Below are positions 1 to 12,563 of a DNA stretch of 64,000 bases, in pieces (the first letter of the stretch is position 1; every line of letters starts with the position of its first letter). The stretch is taken from assembly GCA_030704615.1 (NCBI GenBank), contig CM060732.1:45508001-45572000 (forward strand). The letters run 5' to 3'. Source of the DNA: Takakia lepidozioides. Its lineage: Eukaryota; Plantae; Bryophyta. The position numbers were made by a program, and so were the translations under genes. A model generated the notes under the pieces. It ran no database searches. It worked only from the letters and a program-made list of their open reading frames with translations, and had not been told where the DNA came from.

Positions 1-2650
1 AACGGTCTTTAGATAGGTGCAACTTAGCCAGCCTGGATTTAGCCTCCAGTAGGGAGATAAGAGTCTGAGGACCATGGAGGTTTTTTTCAATCTGATTCTG
101 AGAAACGCTCAAACATTTAATGAGAGCCCTCTCGTATCTGGAATTCTTTTGCGCAGCTTCGTTGGCCAGCTTTAAACCAAGCTTACGACAAGCATCAAGC
201 TTATTGAAGAAATTCAATGTAGGCGAGAGAGAAGGAGAGGAAGAGCTGGACCAACAATCCTTAAGAGCATCCAAACTGGTCTGGTTAGACAAAATACTGA
301 TGTTAAGCCTACTCAGCCCCCTACCTCTAGCTCTAGGTCCAGGAGTTTTTATCCGAGCTGAAACTTCAGCATGATCAAAGTCTGCAAGCACGGAACCCAT
401 AGGCATGTACTGGAACCAAGACGCAAGAGAAGAGGAAAAATAAATACGGTCAAGTCTGGCCACGCATAAACCCGGCGGAGACCAATTGTTGGTCCAAGAG
501 AATGCGGTAGAAAGAGGAAAGTGATAGCTGTCTGCAAGACCCACACATAATATGAGTGCTTCCATTCAAAAGCTTCCAAATTGGAAAGTTCTGGAGAATG
601 AAACCCCCAAACGATCCTTCGGAGACTCTACCATATTAAAATCACCAGCCAAAATCCAATGGACAACTAAGGGACATTCGAGGATTTTATCTCTAATCAT
701 ACCCCAAACCCGTGCCCTCTCTGGACCCAAGTTCGGGGCATAAACATTGATCAAGCCAATCGACCCACCTCATTTGGGGGATTAATGAAAAGGCACTGGA
801 CTCTTCCTTGACTCCAAACAGCACAAGAAGAGATATAGGGAAGAGGAGGAAGACTGACGAGGCAGGCCGTGCCTCCTCGTGTGCCTTCCGAGGTTGGGTT
901 CCACCATGCAGCCTGCTTAGGCCATGACTGATTACCAAGGTTAGAGATTTTAAGTTTGTGTTCTTGAATGAGAATGATTGAGGGGGAAGAAGCCAATGAA
1001 AGGAGCCATCTTTTAACCCTTGTACGTTTTGGGACAGAGGGTTCCGCACCAATCCCTCTGATATTCCATGAGTGAATATTGAAATTCATGGTGGGTGAAT
1101 TGGATCACTTGAGGCCCAAGGAGTCTCCCTGAAATGATGGCCTAAACTTGCAAGGCACCGAACTTCGTTCTTTTATCATGAGGAGGAAGAACTGACACCC
1201 ACTCAAACAGAGAAGAGGATATAATATCCGAGCTAGAAAGCTGAAGAAATCCCACCCAGGTCTGTCGACCTTAGCCCTCGGGCTAGAAGAACAAAGAATT
1301 GCCGCTTACTTCGTTGATTAAAAGAAATTTGGGATCCGAAGACCCAAAGCCTCAACAAGGAGGAAAGAATAAGAGCCACCAGTTCGAGACGGGTTAAGCC
1401 TAAAGAAGAGAGACTCAGAGCAGGGAGGAGCTTCGGGACAAATTTAGCAACCAGAACCTAGCATGGCACTGAAGAGAGATGCACATAAATAAAGAAGGGA
1501 GTGACAAAAGGTAGCATCGTAGAGTCAGGCTACTGGGTCAAGCTGCAGGGGATGCTGCAATTGATCCCCATAGGAACCAAGGAATTCTCCACTGCGACAA
1601 GAGTAGCGGGGGGGATAATTACCAGAGGGTTAGGAAGCCCAAAAGCTACCAGAGCTTGAGGGGAGACCTTTGGAGTTGGGGGTACACCGCCAGAGGAGAA
1701 TAATTCCCATGGTCGCCCTAAGAGCTTCGCTCCTCATTCTCCACATCCTGCTGCACTTGCTTACCCTTAGAAGAGCTCCGCAACCTCTCCTTCTTAGCTT
1801 GGATGGCCTGGATTATTTGACAACCTACTACAGGGCCATGGTAGCCATGTCCTGTTCTTCGAAGTCCATATTAGCCCTAAAATCGTCTGGGATGGCACTA
1901 CCATTCGACCAACAGCCTCCCCAGCTGTCATCAGTTAGAACATCCTTGTGTTCCAAAACCACCAGGACTTGAACGGTGGCGAATGAGGAGTGTTTGCAGT
2001 TATCAACCAAGTAAGAAATAAGGCCTGAGTTCCCGCATGTAAGGATAAGTATGTGATTTCAGACAAGAACAATGACTGGATTTTAGACATAATTAGGGGC
2101 ACTTCCTGATCAGGCTCCGAGAATTCCAACAAATCGTCATGGATCCAAGCATTTGCCAGCCCGCCAGGGAATTAGTCATGAGGATTTTGGGGCCTCCGAG
2201 GACAGACGAAAGACGATTGGCGTTAGAGAAATGACCGCATTGCTTCTCTTTGGGCCCGAGACCGGTGACCACGATGCCAAACTAAGATGACTAAAAGAAT
2301 GGAGATGCAAACATCTTGCCGCCAAATTCTCCTTGATCCCAGAAGGAGAGTCCCAGAACTGCTCGATGGAAAAGACAATTGGCAAGATGGCGTTTTCAAT
2401 CAATGCAATTTTGACAACACCCGGGGAAATAATACTGCCATCTCTTTGCATCACTGAGGGCCCGGCTCTGGTCCCTGCTGGGGAGTTGCATGGAGTACAA
2501 AGCTTTTTCTTCACTTGACCCTCAGGGGAAGACAAAGACCCCGTGAGATGCGTGATCGCCGGAGTAAGCATAGGAGAGGAGGGAGAAGCATAAGGGGAGG
2601 CTGAGAGGCAACATTCAAATTCACATCAAGAGCCAACAAAATAGTCGTAG
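1..2650 (-). mobile_element. Degenerate L1-clade LINE: low-complexity ORF1-like region plus the APE endonuclease start of ORF2, running off the window start
   Basis: 751..1089 gives SWNIRG...IILIQEHK...RGGTA. After a frameshift, 566..754 gives INVYAPN...WILAGDFN. These are APE motifs of L1 ORF2. The upstream (ORF1) boundary is approximate. Confidence 0.8.
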
Positions 2651-2659
2651 CTTCACTGG

Positions 2660-3430
2660 CTTCTCTTTGGCAAGTCCTCAGGGATATCAGTGATGTAAAT
2701 AATGTGGGTGTTGTGTAACGGAGAGGAAACCCATTGATACCCATACCATCTCTGAGGGTGAGCTCTTCTACGAGTCTGGTATTGATTGAATGATGTCTGT
2801 AATGCCCGATCTTAGTCTCAAAGCTCCCAATGTTAAGTTGATTGAGGCAGGGTTGCTGACCCATAAATGTTGGAGATGAGAGATCCCTCTCCTTTCCCAA
2901 ACAGCCCACTTTCTGGCCAATGACCTATCTTGAACGGGAGGTGAAGGGGAGGTGAAGAAAAGATGTTGCCTCAAAGTTTCAGGAAAGGTCACTGGTTCCA
3001 ATTTTCTGAGGAAAGGGTGGAAAGAGTTCCAAGCACTCCAAATAGATTGTCAAAGCAGAGAGCCTAGAGACTTGTGACTAAACCCCTGAACTATCCATCG
3101 CTCTGTAATAGCCCAACTCGTTGACTGTAGAGGAGAGCTGATGGCAATGGTCCCGCCCAGTAGGAGCTTCCACCAACCTCCTTCAGGGCCCAAGTAACGC
3201 GGGAGCCATTTGCCCAAAAGAGCCCGAATCTGAGATTGCGGGTCCAGAACCCCCAGACCTCCACTTGTTTTTGGAATACATATTTGGTGCCAAGACACTT
3301 GGGGTCTTTTGTTTTGAGTTGCTGCCTGGGCTCCCCATATATAGTTCCTAATGCATCACTTGATTTCTTGAATGAGTTTGGAGCTCGGGCTCCAGATGGA
3401 TGCAAAGAACCAGATTGGTATGTAGCCCTT
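2660..3430 (-). mobile_element. L1-clade LINE fragment, post-RT part of ORF2
   Basis: Translation ...IRNYIWG...VSWHQICIPKTSGGLGVLD...ALLGKWL contains the plant L1 W-x2-I-C-x-P-K-x2-GGLG motif. It has internal stops. Confidence 0.75.
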
Positions 3431-3549
3431 TTGCATTGATCACCACCAAGTCCATTAGTTTTGAACTTCCATAAAAATTACTCACTACACTAGAGAACAG
3501 TTAAAACAGTTAGGATCAGCCACTATAATAATTTAGTCAGAAATTGGCT

Positions 3550-3815
3550 GACACGTTTATATTGCATGATGTGGGGAGGCGGAAAAGGAATTCTCTCTCT
3601 GCCACCATAGTGAGAAGCTGGCGATTGGTTTTGTGCTGATCAGCATGACCCCTAGGACGCCTCTCCGTCTCATCAAGAATCTTCGAGTGTGTGGTGACTG
3701 CCACACCTCCACCAAATTCATCTCAAAGATTGTTGGCCGAGAAATTGTTGTATGGGACGCTAATCGCTTTCACCACTTTGAAGATGGGATTTGTTCTTGT
3801 GGTGATTACTGGTGA
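3550..3815 (+). pseudogene. Orphan DYW cytidine-deaminase domain fragment of a PLS-class PPR RNA-editing factor
   Basis: [28 protein letters not shown]...[10 protein letters not shown]...[17 protein letters not shown]. There is a 1-bp frameshift near 3573. No PPR repeats are visible upstream. Confidence 0.9.
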
Positions 3816-4618
3816 AAGGATGTCTTCTTGGAAAGATGCGAGTGTCTTGCTTCATTCATTGATCTGTGACGTAGCTCCTCATACCATCCACCATTTCCCC
3901 GAGAGTATTGACCATAATGTACTGTTGAGTGCATTTCCTGTGGCATAAATCCACATGAGATGATAGTCGGGTCTACCTGGCATAGGTGGGAAGTCAGCCC
4001 ATAATTGCACTTGACTGAAGGGCTGATTTTTGTCTGATTCTGGTGACAATGGATGGAAATCAGAGTGTTGTCCTAATTCTGGGTTTAGGTGGTGGAGCTT
4101 CTCCAAAGCTTGAAGATGGAAGTGAATACGAATTTTAATGAGCTTGATGAGAGGGGCAGCCCTGTGCACAAGTTTGTTCAGCATCTTAAATTTGGACATG
4201 TTTGTTTTGTTTCTCGTGGTGTGCCTTTGGATGGAGCCCTTGACGCACTTGCATGAATATTGTCAAAAACTAGCCTTAACCCACCAAGATCCAATCCCAT
4301 GGTGCCTGCTTGAAAGTTCATATAGTGATTGTAAGGATGTTGTTATTGATTGATGCGGCTTGACTCCCTCACACTATAACATCAGTTTGTGCGTGTTGGA
4401 GTTCAAGGATGGGGGCAACTACTTGAGCTGCAATGTTGTTTTGACATGATAGCTTTGGCAACACTCCGCCATTCTTCTTCCGAAAAACAATGAAATACGG
4501 GATGTTTGTATGTAAAACCATGCGGATGACCCACCCCTCTTTGTGAAAATTGAACATAGTTTTCAGAATTCTTCGCTAATAGTGCGGAGCAACGCAAAGC
4601 CCTACTTACCTTTTCCTT

Positions 4619-4770
4619 GAGCAGGTAGCCCAGTGGTTGGGTGTTTGTGCTTAACCTAGGTGATCCTGGGTTCAATCCTTCAACACGTGCCTTCAGACCA
4701 TCCATTGGGCCCTCGATGGCCTGTGTGTTGTGCAGTAGGCTCTGTAAATCCACTAAACGTTAAAGAAAAT
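4619..4770 (+). mobile_element. Degenerate tRNA-derived SINE-like element
   Basis: A box TAGCCCAGTGG (4626-4636), B box GGTTCAATCC (4669-4678) and a short A-rich end. Imperfect flanking direct repeat at 4606-4618 and 4771-4783 (10/13 match). Confidence 0.55.
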
Positions 4771-5521
4771 TTATCTTTATCTTATCTGTTAAATCGCTCT
4801 AAATCTTATGATTTTTGTACTCGGTAAAAAAAAACTACACTGCTAGACTGTTATTTGTTAAGTGTTATGAAATACCTACTCTGTAATATTAAAAGTCCTC
4901 TTTAAGAGTTATATTTCAATATGGACCACATAGACTAGTTGGAAGAGACTTTAATCGCCACCTTTAGAAGTTTTTTTGGTGGCCATACAGATGAAGAAAT
5001 ATGGGATATGGTCACCCCCACAGTAGAAATTGAAGATGAAGATATTACACTCCCCCATATGCAAGTGGTGTCATTTTCTGACGTTAAGGTTGATTTTGAC
5101 TTTGTGTACTTCTACCTTGCACAACAGTCTTACGGCGAATTGTCTTTCTAAGTGTGTTTGCCTCTACATAAAGAAGTGCCTCAGTCTAGACACTCTTAAC
5201 TCTGAACGGACCTCTTGTCCTATTTTCAGCCATCAGCCCATGAATAAATGTTACCATCATTTGATTGACCTCTTTTAATGTGATATGTTTAATTATTGCT
5301 TTTTAGATTCCACCCTGCTTTCCCATATCGCCTTATATATGGATATCTGTTATTTTCTGTGACTCTAAGCTCGTAACAATAATCCAGGATCGACTGTATA
5401 TGACCAATTGTCCATAGGTTCTCAAAATACTAAAGAACCGGGGAGGGTAGGAAACACACGTATTGTTTTTACGTATTTAATTTGGGAAATAATCGATCAA
5501 ATACCCTTACAAAATTGCTTT

Positions 5522-5524
<3 letters not shown>

Positions 5525-5578
<54 letters not shown>

Positions 5579-6170
5579 CAAAAAGAGGATCGGAGGCCTC
5601 TTAGCTTTATATATTAGGACATAGAACGTCCCAGAAGTACAAGAGGAAAAAATAATATCTACCAGGGTGCCATAAGGCTGACCTAGGAAGACAATGCTTC
5701 ATGACCAAGTTTAAGAGAAGGGGGAGAAGAGAGGTCTTAGATCGAGGATAATCCAAAGTCCAGGAGCCATAAACCAGTAAGACTAGAGCCTAACAGCAGT
5801 GTCCCCAACCATGAAGATGCTTGAAGAGCCCTAGTGTGAGGCCCTCCCTCGGTCACTACAAAACTGGAGAGCAGCTGGGCAAGGCCCAAATATCTCCTTC
5901 TATCTGCTATGCAGCAGCGACAGGCCAAACCATGAGAACAGCGAGGAAATCCACAGAGAGCCACTCAGCAGACTTGCTGACTAATTTAGGCTACCAAAAG
6001 AGAGCGCCTTCGCTTTGCCCTTCTTAAAAGATTTACGGTGCCTCCAATTGACATCAGGCTCATCCCCACCAAGGGGGGAGCGCATGGAGCTAAGAGAGCT
6101 GCCACTCCTCCAGGAAGTTGTCATTCCATTGAACCATCGATTCTGATAATCTGGTGCAGTTCTTTCCTCG
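5525..6170 (-). mobile_element. Poly(A)-tailed retroposed fragment, probably the 3' end of a LINE
   Basis: A pure T run of ~54 nt at 5525-5578. On the minus strand it is preceded by AATATAAA and an AAGAGG...CCTCTT stem-loop. The 5' boundary is approximate and no clear protein motif is present. Confidence 0.55.
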
Positions 6171-6273
6171 CTGAGGTTTTTGATATTAACCAACATGACG
6201 GGTAATACCCAGGCATAAATGATTATAATATCCAAACCAGTTTTCCATAGCTTGAAGAACCCAGAACTGAAGG

Positions 6274-6511
6274 GCACATCAGCTGGTAAGTGCACAGTGT
6301 GTCGCCCTGGTGGTTCGGGGTTCAAACCCGCTGCCCTGCCTGGTGTGTGGATCGTTCGTGACCGGTTGGTCTGGTGGTGACGTTTCCCACTTGTGTGTCT
6401 AATGGCTTCTCTGAAAGGGGTTTAATTTTTCCCCCTCCTCAAGGGCCTGAATTGTGAGCAGTCGCTCCCAGGTTTCCTTTTCGAAAAAAAAAAGAAAAAA
6501 GAAAAAACAAC
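6274..6511 (+). mobile_element. tRNA-derived SINE with 9-bp TSD
   Basis: Degenerate A box (TCAGCTGGT, ~6279-6287), B box GGTTCAAACCC (6319-6329), A-rich tail 6484-6511. Perfect direct repeat AACTGAAGG at 6265-6273 and 6512-6520. Confidence 0.85.
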
Positions 6512-8390
6512 AACTGAAGGTTATGATAAAAATCATATAACCACTCTACGCTGGTAAAAACCACTAACTTTACAGCATTTCCATATTGCTTTTCCTCCTG
6601 ATATGCTCTTCACACTCTCAATTGCGTCGAATCATGGGGACACTATGAGCAGTGAGACAAAGTGTGGATTCTCTGCATGCCATGGGAGAGTCATGTTTTA
6701 AACTCTGTAACAACATCATTGGGTTGATGTTTCTATCACAAGAGGAACTGGGCCATAAGACACAAGACAACTATAGATGTAGGCGTGACTCCAAAGACTA
6801 ATTATTTACACAAGGGACGTCCCTTCAATCCAGGCAGAACCATTCTTGGTTCCACTGAAATTCAAGCTACCATCATTCTAGAAAATTGCTGCTACTGCTT
6901 CAGGAAGAATTGATATAAAAACTCCGGTAAGCACAAGCCCTTCTGACATAAGAGCCAAAACTCCCGCGCCAGTAGAGGCCTCATTAGAAAGGTAAAGTTT
7001 AGATTTGAACTGAAGGTACACAGTACAGTGATATTCTGCAGCTTCCCGGCGATGAAACAGGACAAAAAGTCATGAAACCCAGTTATGGCAAAGCAGCCAG
7101 TGATTTCCGAAGGCCGACACCAAATCAATATTTGCAATGAAAGAGTGGAACCAGTACCAACCATAATCAGAATAACCATATACTTAAATTATGCAATTGA
7201 GAAGCGGAAGGTCAAGTGGTCAAATATTCAGTCAAATGTAATCTAAGTAGAGAGTAACAACTCCATACAGACATTAAAATGTAATCCAAACAGAAGTTGC
7301 CCCGGTCCAAGTTAAAACCTAAACTAGCGCACATAGAGTGCAGTCTTACTAGTGTGCTGCCAATCGCCGAGTCTCAGACCATCAACTTCATCCTACTCAC
7401 CTAAATGGTTTATTGAGAAACTGCCACCACTCCCCACTAACTTCATAAGCTCCTGGCAGTGAGTGCAGAGCACATAATACCATGCTATTATTCAAGGGCC
7501 TATTATCATACAAATGTTTGTACTGAAATTTCTGCCAATTGTTCGGAAGTGACAGGAAAACTCTCGCAATGTTGGCTCTCATTCAGCATGTAAAGCTAAA
7601 TGAAAATAGTCAACACCTTCAAGCATAACACTAGTGACGTAGGACCTGAAAGCAAGCAATGGAGTAAAACTGCTCAAAGAGGTGTGCTGAAAGGCTTCTG
7701 CACCTAGCCATTGCTCACTCAAACATGTAAGCCTGGAACTAGAGACCGTGACAAATACCATCTGCAACTAACCCTCTGAGGAGACTCTTCTTTCTTCAAA
7801 TCAGAACAAAAGAAAACGGTTTCCTTTGCACTTCATAAAACCCTCTTAATGGAACAAGTACAACTGGAGAGAGGGCACCGACTCATATACAGCAGTCTCT
7901 TTCAGGAAATATTTCCAAAAGAGAGAGGCCCCTCCTACAGGCTGGTTCGGACTACACCAACCCTCACCCTCTACACCTCAGTTAATCTCCCCTTCCCAAT
8001 TTGTAACTTGTAGTGTGGTCAAGTTGCATATTGCTGCACTGTGCCACGACATGGATTTTCCAGGTTATACCAGCGATTGCAAAGTTCCTAGTCACAGACT
8101 TAGGTCCAGGGAACGGGTAATTCTTGCCAGAATGCACCAGCCATGGTGGGCAAGGGTTTAACAATAACACAAGCACCAAAGACAATATTTCTGAAACATC
8201 AAGAAGTAAAATAATGAGGCACACTGGAGGCATTCTGGCAGATATTGATATACTTGAAATTATATTGCTCAATGCTCCAATTGCTCACTCTTATAGCATT
8301 TCTAGTTCTCCGAATCCACTTCAAAATTTCACGAGGAAGACCATCGATTTACCAACCCATAACTTACTGGGCATTTCCCCTGCTTCTAGA

Positions 8391-11300
8391 TCAAGCCTTG
8401 ATCTCCTCATTCACCACCATCTTTTCTTCCGGCTCTGAGTCTGATCTGGTGCTGGCATTTCGGGCAACAACACACATATCAGACTGTGTCTCTTACATGC
8501 AACAACAAGACCTGAATTTGCATACAGAACGTGGGAAGTATATATCAGTGAAGGGCCTCTAAAAAAAAGGGAGTCAGAACAGAATCTCACTTTCAAAGCC
8601 ATATCGCATCCTCTTTCAGAAGACCAATTTCTTCAGAAACAAGGCTAAACTACACGCCATAGCTAACTTACTGGTTCTGCATTATCCAAGGTATATGAAA
8701 GGGATAACCCTTCATTTGAGGAGGTGTACTGACATAAGTGACAAGTAACCTGGTGGCCTCAAACTTTAACTATCTGTAACATAGTTAGTCCTGCTTCTAA
8801 TCTAGTTTTCTGCTCCTTCGACACACCCTCTCTACTACACATCATGCAGCTTTGCTGTGTTTCTGCAGTGTGTGACAGTGTATCGGTTAAATGACACAGC
8901 TAAATGGGATGACAAAGGCATAAGTCATGTCTCTGGTGCATGATTAGAGGTATGTTTGCTTTACCCCTCATTTTTTCACGCCAACGTTAGCTTTGTTGGT
9001 CTGACTAAACTTAATCTTCCCCCAATCTTGAGACAGATGACCATGTTGTGCACCTTCCTTATTGGCGCAAGAGACTGCATGTAGTCTGGCCGAGAAACTT
9101 GAGGATCTAAGCCATACTGCTGGCTTCATGATTCAGCCTTCTCAATCTGTGTAAATGCTCATGGATTCCACATATGGGAGCAGGGAAGTTGAGATGCACT
9201 TAGCTATGGTCACTCACTAGCACAGTGACAAACTTGCAAATAAAACCTGTACAGTAATAGAGTACACTTATTTCCTTCCGGAACAGTACTGTATTACAAA
9301 GCCTTAAGACCCAAGTTCATCCATGTTAGGCCACACTCTGCCCTTTGGCTACCATCCAGCAGAAGCAGATTTTGTTTGAACACAAACTTGTTGGAAACTT
9401 TTGGAATGTAAGAAGCCTTTAATAATAGAAAGCCTTGGAGTCCAGGTCTGAGATGCCAAAATCCTCTGCAGAGGGTGGAAGGGCGCTGAGACCTTTCGTA
9501 GTAAGATTGAAGCTGGCAGAAGTGCTCTTTTGAGCCTCCAATATGACCAAAGGGATAACATAGAAAATTACCACGATATGCAAACGGTTCCAACTTTGAC
9601 CTAAACCTAACATATGCCATGCAACAGGCATAGTTGCTACTCCTTGTGCGGTCACTGACAAGGTCACTCTTTGCAGTTGCTCAACTAGGAAGGTGACTTC
9701 TTAGACACCTTATTGGATTTGTTATACAGCTATGTTTGCTAATCTAACTTAAATCCACAAGCAGGAATTGTCAGAGGCTACTTTGTTTATTGGGGTTTCA
9801 TCTTTCCCCAGAGCTCTACTTAGTGTTCCACCCATTTCATACAGGTCCTCAGTAGCTTTGGCTCCAAGGCAGCGATTTCTAGGATACACAACTGTCCATG
9901 TGGCCAAAAACTGTAAAGGTGTTATAGGTACGTCATATAGGGCAGAACTGATCAACATCGGGCGTAAGTGTCTGATCTGCAACAACTGCAGTTTTTTGCT
10001 CTAACTCCAGTAGGGGCTACAATTTCTGTTAGAAGCACTCAAAAAGATTTGATGGATTTTGCCTGGCTTTCCGAAAGAACCTGTGGTAACATTATCCTAT
10101 TCTTTGCAGTCTGACTTTTTAAACCATAGTAGACGTTGTGAATATGGGTACTGTTATTCCTTGTTTATCAGGGGAGGAAGAGGGACGGTCTAAATATCCA
10201 TTACCCGTTTGGGTTGCTGCAGCGCTCAGAGGCTGTAGGTTTAGTGGTTTTGAACAGGAAGACAATCAGACGATCTTTGGGAAGCCCCTTTGTGAGTATA
10301 TTTGGATCTCAGAAGACAATATCTACCAGCAGCAAGACCTAAAACTCGATAGTTTAGGCTGATATTTGAGTTTAACGAAAGTAAGGAAACCCTGTGTGAG
10401 TGGTCATATGGGGGTTGCACTTCATGTGGATGTTATCTCTATCACTCTCACCCACTCACATAGAGGAGTGCTCATGTGCATCCACACTTTGCAGGCCCAC
10501 ATGCAGTGGGTGATGTACATCCTTCTCACAGCATTGAGGGGCCTTCGACATGGAATGAAGCCAAACTCTCACAAAAAGTCTTACTCAAAGAGCCTACGAA
10601 TGTCAATTGACCTCTCTTCCTTCCTCCTTGAGAGTGCCCCCATGCAAGGTATTGTGCTCCCAACCAGAAACCAGACCACACCGTATGAACAAAAAGGTGT
10701 CCTATCTCTTTTGCTACTCTTCCATATCTGTATATGGGCTAAATAGGTACAGTACTGAACCCTGCAGCTTTCTGTTCCCTCCTTTTGCGAATAATTATGG
10801 GGTTCTCGTGGAGTAATTACACCCTACACCTATTCTTCCGTTCTTCCACAATACATCCAGGGTTTATGGTGCGCTAAGTAATATACAGAAAGTAAATACC
10901 TATAGGGAGATCATCCTAAAGGACATATCAGCATGTCATCCCAGAGAAGAAACCTCAAACCCCATTCTACCTAAACACATCACAAGCATTGGGGTGAGAG
11001 GCAACACCTGTCATGAGACGACAAGCCATCTAAATGGATATCAAGCTGGCGCCAGTCCTTCGCTCTCTCTTCCAACAGCACTTCCCGTGGCTTGGCATCC
11101 CCAAATGGATTCACTTTTGGCCATGGCTTTGCCACTGCCTCAACTGCCATTTCTGGCGTGTGAGGCCTACTAGAGACACCACCCCGGCTGGAATGGCTGC
11201 TTGATGGCCTACTACCAGGCCTACCCAGCTTTTCCTTCTCCAGCTCTGCATCAATCTTCCGCCAATCCTGCCCTTTCTCCGCAAGAACATCCTCCCTCGG

Positions 11301-12416
11301 CCGAGCTGCTCCAAATGGATTTGACCGAGGTTTTGGTTTGGGAGGAGGGACTTGCTCTTGCTCCTCGGAGAGAGCAGGCCCAAGATCCGCATGCGGCTTT
11401 TCCTTTTCACCATTTATTTGATGTGGGGGCGGCGAGCTGTCAAGAGGAACCGTCCGAGGCTGCAACCTCAGCCGAGGTCTCTCAGAAGGCCTTGGTTCTG
11501 AGTCACGACCGGGCTCTCTTCTCGCCCACCGATCGGCGTCAGGGCCTGCCTCCCTGTAAACGGGATCGAACCCCCCCCTGCTCCCGCGGCTTGTAGGAGC
11601 CACGCTCGGCACAAACTTCTTGGCCGCCCCCCAGTTGTTCACTTCATCAGCCCGCGACGTGAGACCCCCACCAGGAGCATCATCAAATCCACCACCTCCT
11701 CTCCTCTCCTCATATCTGCCACCTCCTCTTCGATCGAATCCGTCAGCACCCCCTGGAGCTGACGGCACAAACTTTTTGGTGGATCCCCAGTTGTCAACCT
11801 CATCAGCGCGTGAGGGAAGATCACGGTCACTCAGCCGCCCACCCCGCCTGTCATCATCGTAACCCCCACGCTCACCTCCACCTCCAACACCCTGAGATGG
11901 AACGAACTTCTTGGATTCTCCCCACTTCTCATCACCATCCGCCCTAGAAGGACCATCATCTCTATCTCTGTCTCGGCCAAAACCTCCAGCCTCCCTGTCC
12001 CGATCCCCTGCGAAGCCTCCACCGAAGCCCCTCTCCCTGTCGCGATCGCCACCACGTTCGCCGCCCCGATACCCACCATAATCGCGGAAGCCCCCTCCAA
12101 GGGCACCCGCCTCAGGCTCCTCTCCGGTTCTGTCTCTGGGGCCCGTGGGGAGCATCATCATCTCATCGGTAGTAAGCCCCCGTGTATCCGATATCTGCCG
12201 CGTCTTCCCTCCCGGCCCAACATACTTCCCTACTGTAAACTCTGAGATCGACAACGTCTGCTGCTTCTTTTTCTTTGACTTGGTAGTGACGGGATCCCCT
12301 AGAGATGGAAACGCCTCCTGCCCTCCCACAACCTTAAAGGCTTCTCTTTCCTTGGCTTCTGCCTCGGCTTGCTCCGCCTCTGCGGCCCAAGCTCCGGCAC
12401 CCCATGCCTTTGCCAT
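8391..12416 (-). CDS. eIF4B: Plant-specific eukaryotic translation initiation factor 4B. Exon 1 is 12416-11008; probable last coding exon is 8445-8391; ~487 aa
   Basis: MAKAWGAGAWAAEAE, FPSL, LPTGPR, repeated SRADEVDNWG and two NPFGxAxPRE...KDWR repeats. The donor GACAG|GT at 11008 joins in phase to an exon reading (R)SDSEPEEKMVVNEEIKA*, which resembles the homologue motif RPETEEEKxLKEEI. Exon 2 is less certain than exon 1. Confidence 0.9.
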
Positions 12417-12532
12417 TCGTTGAAAGACAGTGAAGGGGAGCAGGTAGGCAGGCCTCTTGCCTGCTTACCTCCCCTCAGTAAGATGGGTAGATTTGAGTGG
12501 AAGCGAAGCTGCAGCCCGCACACCAACACAAT

Positions 12533-12563
12533 GTCTCTCTTTCTCTCTCTCTTTCTCTCTCTC
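12533..12563. repeat. CT/GA microsatellite in the presumed eIF4B 5' UTR
   Basis: tctctctttctctctctctttctctctctc. Confidence 0.8.

Noticed and set aside
6274-6345. Functional tRNA gene (also considered at 4.6, 33.4 and 39.7 kb)
   Set aside because: A and B boxes are present but there is no convincing cloverleaf. Tails and TSDs point to SINEs.
6600-8000. Additional gene downstream of eIF4B
   Set aside because: Scattered minus-strand splice-like signals but no coherent coding frame. It may be 3' UTR or non-coding.
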